From positions 1-24,250 of the IMG/VR virus record IMGVR_UViG_3300015370_000049: DNA of 24,250 bases; one strand, given 5' to 3'. Positions 5,977-15,615 of this stretch are shown here, in pieces. Positions within the stretch are counted from its first letter, which is position 1, and every line of letters begins with the position of its first letter. Under the pieces are notes generated by a model. It was not told the origin of the DNA. It saw nothing but the letters and a program-made list of their open reading frames with translations, and ran no database searches. Source of the DNA: a virus (taxonomy: Duplodnaviria; Caudoviricetes). The position numbers and the translations under genes were made by a program.

Positions 5977-7896
5977 ATGCCAGAATCGCCCGGTATCTTA
6001 GCAGAACGAGGATTGGAGAAGGGTCTGACCTATCAACCGCCACGAGCGGAACTTGAGATGGTCGCGTTCCACAGGGACCGCATCAGGAAGGCCAACGACG
6101 CCCGTAACCAGCGTCATCGTCGTTTCGATAACCTGTCTTTCATACAGGACTACTACTCGAACGAGGACGCTAGGAATTCGTATCTGCGTCCAAAGCGCAA
6201 TGACGAAGAAGTACGCGTGGTCGGCGGTACGACGGAGAAGCGCATCGAGTCTCTGGTCAACGAGCTTGCTTCGATGAACTTCCAGCATGACATCCAAGCG
6301 TATGACCAAGAGGACAGACTCGTTGAGGACCTCGGGAACGTCATGGAGGACGTGGTGAAGCGTACGAACCAGATGGAGGAGGATTCAGACGTACGTCTAG
6401 ACGCCATCTACGACATGCTCTGCCAGAGGGCCGTGTTCTTGGAAGAAGTCTACGAACGCCGGCGGACCCGAGGCGTGGTCAGGCACCAGTACCGAAAGCG
6501 TCTCCGCACGTCACTCGAAGTCCTCTTGGGAGACCTCACGATTCCGCATTACCGTCTGGATGACCAGCCATACATCGTCACCTACGAACGGATGAGCATA
6601 CAGGCCGCCGAACAGATTTATGGACACTTCAACAACTTCAAGTACGTCCGTCCGGGCATGGACCTGTCGAATGACGTGTATGGTTCGGACGTGACGTTCC
6701 GTCTCGGGCACCTCGCGGCGAATGAGATAGAAATCTGCAAGTATGCTTCTCTCGCGGATGACGAATATCAGCCCTACATCTGCGGCGTCCCGATGTTCCC
6801 AGTGGGTTCCAAGCTCCCATGGAGGTACCCGCACTATAATCTGTCGTGCACGGTGGCCAAGGGAATGTCGCCGCTCTTCTTCTATGGACGACCCCCGGCT
6901 GTCGCGTTGAAATACCTGCAGGCGTTGGATGACGAGATGATTCGGAACATCGTCATCAAGTTCAGGCAGGCCGTGGCACCGCCCAAGGCGGCCCTATCGA
7001 CGAACAAGGTCTATTCACGCGACATCTTCAACGCAGGCTCCATCACGTATGGGCTTGACGCGACGACCTTCAAGGACCTCGTTGACCCGACGGGCGTGAC
7101 GACGGGGGAGATACAAGTCCTCAATCTCATCAAGCAGATGCAGGACGAGATGGCCTCGCGTTCCGCGACGAACGTGGGCGTCTCTCCCGGTCAGAAACAA
7201 CTCGCGACACAGATAATCGAACAACAGAAGGGGGCCGTGAAGATGCTCGGCCTATTCATCATCGCGTGGTCACGGATGATTAGGCAGAACACGAAGCTCC
7301 GGCTTTATAACATCGTCGAACACCTCGATGAGCCCATCACCAAGGAAATCGACCCATCCGGGGAACTGGTAGAGACGTTGCAGTCCTTCACTCTCCGTGA
7401 AGAGACGCTGGACGACGGACGACAGGGGACGAAGGTCATCAAGCTCATGGATAGGAACCTTGAAGGGCAAGAGGTTGAAGACCTCGCGAACTTCGAAGAG
7501 GACATGGCGAAGAAGGGAGAGCCTGTCAGCATCAAGACCTTGAACGTGAAGGCTCTCAAGAAGTTGGACATCACTTGGCACGTGGGCGTGACCTCGAAAC
7601 CGGAGGAATCGCACGACCTCAATAAGATGATGTTCCAAGATAAGATTGCACAGGCACAAGCGATTTCACAGATTGCACAGCGGCCGCTCAACGGAGAGCG
7701 CGTCATCGATGAGTTCGAGCGCACGTGGCGGCTCAAGGATTGGTTCACGGAGCAGATGGCATCACCTGAACAGCCCCCGCCGGGTGGTATACAGGCGTCT
7801 CCGCCCGGCGAGTCTGGAGTGAAGGCCGCCGCGAACCCGAATCAGAGGCCCGGCAAGCCGTCGATAGCTGACGCGTTATCTTCCACGAATAGATGA
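5977..7896 (+). CDS. Putative portal protein (large, P22/podovirus-like size)
   Basis: 639 aa directly after terL. FFYGRPP...LQ...DEM segment, ATQI motif, helical content and a disordered Pro/Gln-rich C-terminus. Call rests mainly on synteny. Confidence 0.75.
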   Translation: MPESPGILAERGLEKGLTYQPPRAELEMVAFHRDRIRKANDARNQRHRRFDNLSFIQDYYSNEDARNSYLRPKRNDEEVRVVGGTTEKRIESLVNELASMNFQHDIQAYDQEDRLVEDLGNVMEDVVKRTNQMEEDSDVRLDAIYDMLCQRAVFLEEVYERRRTRGVVRHQYRKRLRTSLEVLLGDLTIPHYRLDDQPYIVTYERMSIQAAEQIYGHFNNFKYVRPGMDLSNDVYGSDVTFRLGHLAANEIEICKYASLADDEYQPYICGVPMFPVGSKLPWRYPHYNLSCTVAKGMSPLFFYGRPPAVALKYLQALDDEMIRNIVIKFRQAVAPPKAALSTNKVYSRDIFNAGSITYGLDATTFKDLVDPTGVTTGEIQVLNLIKQMQDEMASRSATNVGVSPGQKQLATQIIEQQKGAVKMLGLFIIAWSRMIRQNTKLRLYNIVEHLDEPITKEIDPSGELVETLQSFTLREETLDDGRQGTKVIKLMDRNLEGQEVEDLANFEEDMAKKGEPVSIKTLNVKALKKLDITWHVGVTSKPEESHDLNKMMFQDKIAQAQAISQIAQRPLNGERVIDEFERTWRLKDWFTEQMASPEQPPPGGIQASPPGESGVKAAANPNQRPGKPSIADALSSTNR

Positions 7897-8297
7897 TCGA
7901 GCGAATTTTCCCCTTCCTTGAGCGATTGTTTCGCGTGAAACACGTCTCCACGCCGACCGAATACGTCGATGCCTTCCTTTCGCGGCCGATGGTATGGACG
8001 GATTGGCGTGGGATGGACTTGGAGTCACGTAGGGAATGGGCGAAGGATGCGAAGAACCTCCTAGAGAACCGCGTCTTCCGTTCCTTCTGCGGTTACAGGG
8101 ACAGGAGCGGCATAAAGACCAACGGAGAGATGTCGAAGGACATCATCGAGCACCTCGCGAGACACGCGAAGGATTATCAAGAAGTCATAGCCCTTAGAAT
8201 GACGATGAACGGCATCGAACTCGTGAGGGATAGGGTTGAGGAATCCTTGCTACCGGAAGACAGGCCATCTTCCGACGGCATCTATGACCCGATTTAG
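7893..8297 (+). CDS. Hypothetical protein (head module)
   Basis: ATGA overlap with the portal gene, consistent codon usage. Confidence 0.7.
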   Translation: MIERIFPFLERLFRVKHVSTPTEYVDAFLSRPMVWTDWRGMDLESRREWAKDAKNLLENRVFRSFCGYRDRSGIKTNGEMSKDIIEHLARHAKDYQEVIALRMTMNGIELVRDRVEESLLPEDRPSSDGIYDPI

Positions 8298-8366
8298 TGG
8301 CTTTTTATAACTTCCCCATCAGCCACCCTCCGGGCTAGTCAATCGGAGTGAGGGGAGAACGATAGT

Positions 8367-8957
8367 ATGCCAAGAAAGCTGTTTGACGAAGACGGGAGCC
8401 CAGTCGAGGTTCCTACGGAAGATGAAATCAAGGCCATCGAGACCGCCAAAGCGGACATCGAAGCCAAGATGAAGGACCTCGAAGCCGAATCCAACCCGAA
8501 TTGGAAGGCGGCCCGAGACAAGATGAAGGAGCTTGAATCGAGGAATGAGGAGTATGCCTCGAAGCTCAAAGAGGCAGGCGTGAAGCTCGAATCCGCGAGT
8601 CTGTCCCGCGAGGACATCGAACGCATCGCCCAAGACAAGGCGCAGTCGATGTTCCTTGAACGCTCCGTCGAGAGCGCACTCAAGGGGACGTTCGGCGAGA
8701 AGTACGAATCCGCCAAGCGTCTGTTCGACAAGCTCACGCACGGAGAGACGTTGGACGAGGCGAAGGTCGGGGAGACCATCAAGCACGTAGCGGGTGCTCT
8801 GGGCTTCGATGACCCGAAAGACGCCATCCACCGTGCCGTCGCATCCGTCGGCTCCGCCCCCATATTTGAGCCGAAGACCGAATCATACGCTGAAACGGCA
8901 GAAGGTAAGGGTTTGGCTCAAGCGATGGGAATCAGTATCGAAGAACCTAAGAAATGA
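8367..8957 (+). CDS. Putative scaffolding protein
   Basis: E/K/A-rich coiled-coil character, located between portal and capsid genes. Confidence 0.55.
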   Translation: MPRKLFDEDGSPVEVPTEDEIKAIETAKADIEAKMKDLEAESNPNWKAARDKMKELESRNEEYASKLKEAGVKLESASLSREDIERIAQDKAQSMFLERSVESALKGTFGEKYESAKRLFDKLTHGETLDEAKVGETIKHVAGALGFDDPKDAIHRAVASVGSAPIFEPKTESYAETAEGKGLAQAMGISIEEPKK

Positions 8958-9496
8958 GTATGCCGAAAGAAGAGAAGAAAGAAGAGACGAACGAGGAGCG
9001 CGTCTCTTGGCTCGAAGAGAAGGTCAAGACGCTCACTGAGGCCATCAGCGGCAGGAAGCCTATTCCCGCCTACAAGAAAATCGTCAACGTGATGTTCGTC
9101 GATGACCTCCCGGTCGTCGTGTTCGGTAAGGTGAAGTCGGCCGTCGACGACAGTGGCCAAGAGAACCACGTCATCAGCATCACGACCAAGGACGAATCTG
9201 GGAAGACAGACACGAAGGAGGTCGAGTATACCTCGCTCGTCCGTGATAGCATCCGCCACGCGGGTGAGGTCACAAAAGAGGAGACGGAATACGAGAAAAA
9301 GAACCAAGGTCCTATCCCGACGACCGTCACGGCGAAGGACCCTGACCCGGCAAAAATCGGCGGAAATGCGTCGTTCCAGCCGCGCCGCGTCCTCTTGGAA
9401 GAGACGGTCAGGCGTGACATGGTGACGCTCCGGTTCCTGTCCGGTCCGTGGGAGGGGAAGGAACTGACGATGGACGCCCTATACCTGAACCCGTAG
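8954..9496 (+). CDS. Hypothetical protein
   Basis: Coupled to the previous gene (start 8954 or 8960), consistent codon usage. Confidence 0.7.
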   Translation: MSMPKEEKKEETNEERVSWLEEKVKTLTEAISGRKPIPAYKKIVNVMFVDDLPVVVFGKVKSAVDDSGQENHVISITTKDESGKTDTKEVEYTSLVRDSIRHAGEVTKEETEYEKKNQGPIPTTVTAKDPDPAKIGGNASFQPRRVLLEETVRRDMVTLRFLSGPWEGKELTMDALYLNP

Positions 9497-9499
9497 CCT

Positions 9500-9901
9500 A
9501 TGCGACCATTCAACAAGGTGCAGAAGGAAATCACGAAGGCAGACGACAAGGAACACCTGCTCGCGTTGGAGCGGTGCGTGCCGTTGGCGAAGAAGGTCCT
9601 CGCCATCCTCGTCGAGGAAGGGGCAGAGATGGGAGACATCAAGGAATCTCCTGAATCGCACATGAAGAGCGCGGAACTCATCATGCAGGCGTTCCTCGAC
9701 GCGAACGTCCGGTGGGCAGATAGGCACTTCATCTTCCAGTTGGCCATGCAACCGGTCGAGATGGTGAAGAACCTCGTCCTGAACTCCCTCGGTGAGACGT
9801 TCAACGTCGGGAGCGGCGTGTTATGGGGCGTGGATGACATGATGGACCTCACGGTGGGCCGCATCGATGAGGTATTGAAGGGCCTCAAGGAGAAGAAATG
9901 A
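9500..9901 (+). CDS. Hypothetical protein
   Basis: TATG start 3 nt after the previous stop. Stop overlaps the next ATG. Confidence 0.7.
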   Translation: MRPFNKVQKEITKADDKEHLLALERCVPLAKKVLAILVEEGAEMGDIKESPESHMKSAELIMQAFLDANVRWADRHFIFQLAMQPVEMVKNLVLNSLGETFNVGSGVLWGVDDMMDLTVGRIDEVLKGLKEKK

Positions 9902-10641
9902 CCCGTATCGCCATCTGCATCGTGGATTCGCACCCGATGCTGTACAAGGAGTTCGCTCTCTCCTTGGTGGGCGTTACGTCGTTCTTCAACCAATGGGCGA
10001 AGAGAGGGGAGTACGTCTTGGACGTGCTCCTCGCGGAGACAGGATACATCGACGACATGAGGAATTGCCTCGCGAACAAGGCAGTGGACGAAGGGTACGA
10101 TTATGTATTCTGGATGGATTCGGACATGACGTTCCCTGCAGATTGCCTTCCGAGGATGCTCGCGTACTGCGAGAAGGACGATGCGGAGGCCGTGTCGGGT
10201 CTCTACGTCCACAAGAAGCCACCCCACATGCCTCACGTGTACCCGAAGATTGACGAGGCCAGTGGGAGGTTCATGATGCCCGTCTCTTTCCCCCTCAAAG
10301 AACCGTTCCACATCGACGGAGCGGGGTTCGGGTGTCTCCTCATGAAGACGTCCGTAGTCAAACGCGTGGAACGTCCGTATTTCCGCATGGAGGTCACGGA
10401 CGGGAAAGTCACGAAGGGGGAAGACCTCGACTTCTGCAAGGAGACTAGGATGAAGATGCTCCTCGACCCGACCATCTCATGTGGTCATCTGTCGCTCGGT
10501 AAATACACCATCGACGACTATCTGTGGTACAATGACATCGAGAAGGACGCCGACGGGTGGGTCTCTCCGACTCCTGAACAGCAGAAGAAAATCACGGAAA
10601 AGATGGGGCATTTACAGGATGGCGCGAATATGGTAAAATAG
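9898..10641 (+). CDS. Glycosyltransferase, GT-A fold (GT2-like)
   Basis: RNCLA...YDYVFWMDSD (DxD motif), VSGLY, GAGFGCLLM, GEDLDFC and DPTISCGH. Confidence 0.85.
   Translation: MTRIAICIVDSHPMLYKEFALSLVGVTSFFNQWAKRGEYVLDVLLAETGYIDDMRNCLANKAVDEGYDYVFWMDSDMTFPADCLPRMLAYCEKDDAEAVSGLYVHKKPPHMPHVYPKIDEASGRFMMPVSFPLKEPFHIDGAGFGCLLMKTSVVKRVERPYFRMEVTDGKVTKGEDLDFCKETRMKMLLDPTISCGHLSLGKYTIDDYLWYNDIEKDADGWVSPTPEQQKKITEKMGHLQDGANMVK
10611..10639 (+). promoter_or_regulatory. Sigma70-type promoter (extended -10) for the capsid operon
   Basis: TTTACA (10611-10616), 17 nt, TAAAAT (10634-10639), TG at 10631-10632. Confidence 0.7.
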
Positions 10642-10650
10642 TGAAGAAAT

Positions 10651-10826
10651 AGGGTCCTGCATGGACGGCGAGGGGTACATAGACGTGGACCCTTCCCGCC
10701 TCTGGCAGAACGCCAAGAGCGTTACAACCTACCGAGTGGCTCTCGCGCAATAAAGCCCACTCTCCTTCGCGGAACGTACACCGCGCCGTTCAGTCGGCAG
10801 AATCCGGAAAGCGATTTACTCGCTTC
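10651..10826 (+). promoter_or_regulatory. Structured 5' leader of the capsid operon
   Basis: Pairings 10662-10670/10784-10792, 10651-10657/10687-10693, 10734-10739/10757-10762, 10768-10772/10781-10785, and an AAGCGA/TCGCTT hairpin near 10809-10825. Confidence 0.5.
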
Positions 10827-10844
10827 TTTACCATACTGGGACAT

Positions 10845-11273
10845 ATGTCCTTCAAGCACATCAAGGGTCCAGCCCTCATCGAGTACTGGCCCAAGACCGC
10901 TTCCACCACGCTCACGGCGCGGGCATGCGTCGGCACGTCCGGCGGATACCTCATCGCGGCGACGGCATCGGAAACGGATATCAAGGGGGTCTTGCAGAAG
11001 GCTATCGCTTCTACGGATTCCGATTTTGCCAGCGCGACGAAGATTCCGGTCCTCATCCCGCAGGCGACGGACGAATTCGAGGTTGATATGACCTCGACGA
11101 CGACGTTCACGGCTACTCATGTCGGTCTCAAAGGCAACTTGGACGCCACGGGGCAGTACGTCGATGTCACAGTCAGCACGTACCCGCATTGTACGGTCCT
11201 TCGTGGTGGGTCGGCCACGAACAAGGTCGTCGTGAAAATCAACGGTGCGTACACGTTCCGCAACGCCAACTAA
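10845..11273 (+). CDS. Putative capsid decoration/cement protein
   Basis: 142 aa, small-residue and beta-rich, directly upstream of the major capsid gene. Confidence 0.55.
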   Translation: MSFKHIKGPALIEYWPKTASTTLTARACVGTSGGYLIAATASETDIKGVLQKAIASTDSDFASATKIPVLIPQATDEFEVDMTSTTTFTATHVGLKGNLDATGQYVDVTVSTYPHCTVLRGGSATNKVVVKINGAYTFRNAN

Positions 11274-11285
11274 CCATTGAACATT

Positions 11286-12305
11286 ATGGCACAAGGACCA
11301 GTCACGTTGGCCTCTGCAGTGTCCCTCTCGGACCTCACAGACCTCGTGCGACGCAATTGGACAGTCATGAAGGCGACGTTGCCCCGCAAGGCTCGCTCGC
11401 TCTTCAACTCCGAGTACATCGGCGCAGGACAAGGCTCCTCGAAGCGTATTCAGGAGTTCGACGGCGAGACGTTCGCCGCGTACAAGGCAGAAGGCACGAA
11501 TTCCGAGAAGGCGCAGGTCGGTTCCGGGTACTCCGTGGACATGACCGCTCGCACGTTCTCGAAGGAAATCGACATCACGCTGGAGATGCGGACCGACAAC
11601 CGCTACCCGCAGATTGGTCAGCTCATCACGGACCTCGCGTCTTTCTGCGAGAACCGTCAGGACCTCGACCTCACGCACCGTGTCTCTTTCGCCACTTCTA
11701 TGTCCTATACGGACATGAACGGCGAATCGGTCAGCGTCGCCATGGGCGACACGTATGCTCTCGCGTACGCCACTCACACCTTGGCGCATAGTCCGACGAC
11801 GTACTCGAACCGCGTCACGGGCGACCCGGCGTTCTCGCAAGGTGCGTATGAGTCCGGGATGCTCCTCGCGACCACGCAGACGTTCAACAACTTCGGAGAA
11901 CAGCGCGTTCTTGATTGGAACACCGTCATCACGGGTACAGACCCGTCCACGGTTCGTGCCGTCAAGCAGTTCCTGAACTCCCAAGCGGACGTGGACTCGG
12001 TTCAGTCCGGCATCGTCAACGTCTACAAGGACGCGAAGCGGCACATCGAACTCCCGTACCTCGCCTCCACGGCGGCTGGCGCGTACGATTCGACGAAGCG
12101 TCGTTGGTGGGGCGTCATCGCCGTCGGCATGAGCGGATGGCAGGCATACGTCGGAGATTGGATTGCTCCGACGCTCAAGACTCCGGGTGCTGGCAACAAC
12201 GGAGAAGACATCCACTCCCTCAACTGGACATATTCTGCCTACTGCCGCTTCGGCATTGCGGTCGTGTCCGGTAAGGGTATCGTGATGTCCTGTCCGTCAA
12301 GCTGA
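11286..12305 (+). CDS. Major capsid protein (HK97 fold, resembling Mu gpT-like family)
   Basis: About 339 aa. LFN...FAAYKAEG...GY...RTFSKEIDITLEMRTDNRY pattern, strongly biased codons, central position in the head module. ATG at 11286. Confidence 0.8.
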   Translation: MAQGPVTLASAVSLSDLTDLVRRNWTVMKATLPRKARSLFNSEYIGAGQGSSKRIQEFDGETFAAYKAEGTNSEKAQVGSGYSVDMTARTFSKEIDITLEMRTDNRYPQIGQLITDLASFCENRQDLDLTHRVSFATSMSYTDMNGESVSVAMGDTYALAYATHTLAHSPTTYSNRVTGDPAFSQGAYESGMLLATTQTFNNFGEQRVLDWNTVITGTDPSTVRAVKQFLNSQADVDSVQSGIVNVYKDAKRHIELPYLASTAAGAYDSTKRRWWGVIAVGMSGWQAYVGDWIAPTLKTPGAGNNGEDIHSLNWTYSAYCRFGIAVVSGKGIVMSCPSS

Positions 12306-12386
12306 TAACTCTTGGCAATGGTGACGGCAACGCCTAACGGCGACCGGAGGGATGGAGGGTCACTAACGCCATAACGATTGATACAC

Positions 12387-13406
12387 ATGCCTAATCAGAA
12401 TGTAGGATACGGACGGGCACTGCTCGATGCAGTCGCCACGCAGGTTCCGGCGTTCGGTCGCGTCTTCGTCGTCTTCAACTCTTTGGATACGAAAGAAGCG
12501 TACGATTCGATGTCGAACGTCATGAAGACGGACACGGATGGGAAGGTGAGATTCTTCACGAGCCTCTCCACCGCCGTCGATGCCGCAGACACCAACAACA
12601 ACGACGTCATTTGCCTCGATGGCCAGACCTCTCACAAGGTCTCGTCGATGCTTGCCGTCTCTAAGAACCGCGTTCACTTCATCGGCTTCGATGGAGGCGG
12701 GAAGCGTGTCGAGAACCAACGGACGCTCATCTCGAACACGGGAGCCGGAGCCGAAGCCGACACCGCCATGGTGAAAGTCACTGGCACGGGTGTCACGTTC
12801 CGAAACATCGCCTTCAAGAACAACTGGACTGTCGCGCAGAACCTCTATTGCGTGGACGACCAGTCTTCAAACGGCTACTTCGAGAATTGTACCATCCACA
12901 ACCTCGGGTCAGCGCACCTCACGAACGCGAACTGCGCCGTTCTCCGACTCTCCTCGCAGGACACGACCTACGTGAACTGTCAGATCGGTGCGGACACGTT
13001 GAAGTCTACAGTGGCTTCCGGTCAGGTCGTGCTCATCAAGAAGCAGACGACCGCCGCGACGCGCGTCAAGCTCATCGATTGTTACTTCCGCGCGTACACG
13101 GACAAGACGACGCACGTCTTCATCCGCGTCGCCGCGAATGGTGACATCGACCGTTCGGTGACGCTCATCCGCCCCGTATTCGACAACTTCAACTGGGACG
13201 CTTCGAACGGCGGTGCGCTCATGGCCGTCGCTGTCGCTTCCGCCTCAGGTCTAGTCTCTGGAGGTATCAACCTCTTCGACGTGATGCTGAACGGTAAAGG
13301 CACGACGGACGTCGCTTCGTCCGCCGTCGGGAACGCTGGTGTCTGGATCACGGGCAATTCGCCGACTGCCGGTACAGCTGGCATCTCGGTTCAAGCAATC
13401 GCATAA
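12387..13406 (+). CDS. Pectin-lyase-like right-handed beta-helix protein
   Basis: SLSTAVDAA...NDVICL cap, then VSKNRVHFIG, VKVTGTGVTFRNIAFKN, YFENCTI and YVNCQI repeats. ATG at 12387. Confidence 0.7.
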   Translation: MPNQNVGYGRALLDAVATQVPAFGRVFVVFNSLDTKEAYDSMSNVMKTDTDGKVRFFTSLSTAVDAADTNNNDVICLDGQTSHKVSSMLAVSKNRVHFIGFDGGGKRVENQRTLISNTGAGAEADTAMVKVTGTGVTFRNIAFKNNWTVAQNLYCVDDQSSNGYFENCTIHNLGSAHLTNANCAVLRLSSQDTTYVNCQIGADTLKSTVASGQVVLIKKQTTAATRVKLIDCYFRAYTDKTTHVFIRVAANGDIDRSVTLIRPVFDNFNWDASNGGALMAVAVASASGLVSGGINLFDVMLNGKGTTDVASSAVGNAGVWITGNSPTAGTAGISVQAIA

Positions 13407-13411
13407 CTGAT

Positions 13412-13606
13412 ATGAACAGAACAAAGAAGGAAGACGTCGGAGTGGGTGAGGAGGCCGAAGTGGTCGTCGAGCCTGTGACCGCCGTCGAAGAGAAGGTCGA
13501 GGCGGTCGAGGAAGAAGTCGAAGTGGCTTCTATCGAGAACGTCATCGAAAAGGACGAAGCAGGCGATGAATGGGTCATCGCTCCGTCCGCTAAGTTCCGA
13601 CTCTAA
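13412..13606 (+). CDS. Small acidic hypothetical protein
   Basis: 64 aa, E/V-rich, TATG start. Confidence 0.6.
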   Translation: MNRTKKEDVGVGEEAEVVVEPVTAVEEKVEAVEEEVEVASIENVIEKDEAGDEWVIAPSAKFRL

Positions 13607-13668
13607 TCGCGTATAGCCCATCTCCCTCCCTCGACCATTCGATTGAGGGAGTGGATTGCACACGAAAT

Positions 13669-14196
13669 ATGGACCTACTCAAGAAATATTGGACAGTCGC
13701 ATCCGTCGCGTTATTGGCCGTCGTGGTCGTAGCGTACGGCTTAGCAGTAAAATCAGACCTCCCGTCGTTCGGTAGCGGAGGCCCAGCCGAGAGTGACAGC
13801 TACCTCATCTTCTCCACCTCCACGCTCACGTCGGCCTACACGGGGGCAGGTGCAGTCTCCTCGACCATCATCGAGAGCAAGGGCAAGCCAAACTTCCTCT
13901 TCGTCGGCACCTACGTCCCGAAGTCACACGGGTCTCAACTTCAGATTCAGGTCGAGCGGTCGTACGACATGGGAAAGACGTTCTACCCGTACAAGACCCT
14001 CACGCCTTCAGCATCCTCGACGATGGTCAACGTGCTCTCTAGCCCGTTCCTCGTCGATGCGACGACCTCCGGAACGGCGCAGTCGTTCTCCTTCGACCTC
14101 ACGCTCCTGTCGGAGTACATCAGAATCAGCGCACGTGAATCGTCCACCTCGACTCTTGGGACCATTACCGCAGGAGTAACCGTCGCTTCGAATTGA
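13669..14196 (+). CDS. Virion-module beta-rich protein with N-terminal TM/signal segment
   Basis: ATG at 13669. KKYW followed by ~19 hydrophobic residues, then a Ser/Thr-rich beta-sandwich-like domain (QIQVERSYDMGKTFY...YIRISARE). Confidence 0.7.
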   Translation: MDLLKKYWTVASVALLAVVVVAYGLAVKSDLPSFGSGGPAESDSYLIFSTSTLTSAYTGAGAVSSTIIESKGKPNFLFVGTYVPKSHGSQLQIQVERSYDMGKTFYPYKTLTPSASSTMVNVLSSPFLVDATTSGTAQSFSFDLTLLSEYIRISARESSTSTLGTITAGVTVASN

Positions 14197-14197
14197 T

Positions 14198-15073
14198 ATG
14201 TCGTTCATGAACAGGGCGGTCTTCACTACCGTCATGGCGATCGCCGTCGGGTTCATCACTGGACCTCTCGTCGCGCTCGCGTACACGAACCTGACCGTCG
14301 GCGGGACTGGAGGTTCGATTACTGCCATCCCGACACTTGACCAAGTGACGGATGAGGGGGCATCGACGACGAACAACGTGTCGTTCGGGCAAGTCTCCGG
14401 CACCAAATTCATCGCAGGTCTCGGCTCCGCCGCCGCACCTTCCTACACGTTCACGGGGGATGAGGATACGGGGATGTGGAGTAATGGAGCCGATAATCTC
14501 CAACTATCGGGTGTCTCCCAGGTCGGCTTGAATGCCGGAGGAAATTCATTGCAGTTCCTCGGGAATGAGTTTCGACCTCTTAGTGGGAACGCAATAGACC
14601 TTGGTGACCCCACCTTTTCTTTCAAGAACATCTACGCCTCCGGCACGTTGAGCGTCGGCGGAACCATCTATGCGAAATCCGGCAATGCCGCCGCCTATTC
14701 GTTCAGCGGGGACGAAGATACGTATATTTCCAACAACGGGGAGAATCAGATGGCCTTTGTGGTAGGAGGAGCAGGGACAATAGGAATAAATACCGCTAGT
14801 CTAACATTCTATAGGCGTATTGAACCAGACGCGAAAAATTTGCGCGACATCGGCCGGCCTGATCTGTCATGGAAGAACATCTACGCCTCCGGCACCGCCT
14901 ACTTGGCGAATGTAAATGTCGTTGATACGACTTCAGTCACGTCTACCGTGTTCGTAGGGAACCTCACAGGCAAACGCGGCCAAATCTGCCTCGGCGACCA
15001 AGACGGTACGGGATTCACCTGCCTTACAGGAGACAACGGGACGATGACGGCGTATAGCACCTCGACGTACTAA
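14198..15073 (+). CDS. Fibre-like protein with signal peptide and internal repeats
   Basis: Signal-like N-terminus ending in ALA, a TLDQVTDEG motif, and two copies each of Y(T/S)F(T/S)GDEDT and D(L/I)G.P..S(F/W)KNIYASGT. Confidence 0.65.
   Translation: MSFMNRAVFTTVMAIAVGFITGPLVALAYTNLTVGGTGGSITAIPTLDQVTDEGASTTNNVSFGQVSGTKFIAGLGSAAAPSYTFTGDEDTGMWSNGADNLQLSGVSQVGLNAGGNSLQFLGNEFRPLSGNAIDLGDPTFSFKNIYASGTLSVGGTIYAKSGNAAAYSFSGDEDTYISNNGENQMAFVVGGAGTIGINTASLTFYRRIEPDAKNLRDIGRPDLSWKNIYASGTAYLANVNVVDTTSVTSTVFVGNLTGKRGQICLGDQDGTGFTCLTGDNGTMTAYSTSTY
14624..14895 (+). repeat. Exact 23-nt direct repeat AAGAACATCTACGCCTCCGGCAC at 14624-14646 and 14873-14895
   Basis: Identical in-frame copies 249 nt apart. 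Confidence 0.9.
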
Positions 15074-15088
15074 AAACCCACACACGTT

Positions 15089-15370
15089 ATGAAAATCATC
15101 ACCATCCCAGCCAGACAGATTCCGGAGCAGACGCTCGATATCGTCCAAATCATGCTTATTCCGTCGCAGTCACGCATCATCGTGCAGACGAGCGATATCA
15201 ACATGCAACTTGAGCGCACGGTCTCACCGGAGGAGTCGGACACCATCATCAGTATCGCCACGGGAGCCGTGACGGACAAGTATCCAGAGGCAACGGTCGC
15301 GGAGAAGGTCGTGGAGGCCATCGTGAAGGAACCCGTGACGGAACCCGTCATCGAGGAGCTGATTCCATAG
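15089..15370 (+). CDS. Hypothetical protein
   Basis: TATG start, follows the fibre-like gene. Confidence 0.65.
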   Translation: MKIITIPARQIPEQTLDIVQIMLIPSQSRIIVQTSDINMQLERTVSPEESDTIISIATGAVTDKYPEATVAEKVVEAIVKEPVTEPVIEELIP

Positions 15371-15371
15371 T

Positions 15372-15614
15372 ATGTCAGACCCCACGAACGGAGAAATCGC
15401 AATCTTGCTCACAGGACTATCTGATAAGTTCGATGGGTTCTGCCTCGTGAATAAAGAGGAACACGCAAGTCTGATTGAACAAACGACCCGCACGAACGGA
15501 AGGGTCACAGCACTCGAAAACTACAAGAACATGGTCATTGGAGGAGGTATCGTCGTCTCTATGATGGTTGTCCCATTATTCATTTCATTCCTAAGTGGTT
15601 ATCTAAAAAACTAG
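15372..15614 (+). CDS. Small membrane protein (coiled coil plus C-terminal TM), lysis-module-like
   Basis: TNGRVTALE motif followed by one hydrophobic helix. Confidence 0.65.
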   Translation: MSDPTNGEIAILLTGLSDKFDGFCLVNKEEHASLIEQTTRTNGRVTALENYKNMVIGGGIVVSMMVVPLFISFLSGYLKN

Positions 15615-15615
15615 T

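Noticed and set aside
10722-12215. 497-aa minus-strand ORF (also 9070-10311 and other long antisense ORFs)
   Set aside because: They shadow well-supported + strand genes. Strong codon bias in GC-rich DNA suppresses antisense stops, and the translations show no recognisable motifs.
13626-13651. Hairpin CTCCCTCGA/TTGAGGGAG as an intrinsic terminator
   Set aside because: No U-tract follows. It may be a processing or stability hairpin but cannot be supported as a terminator.
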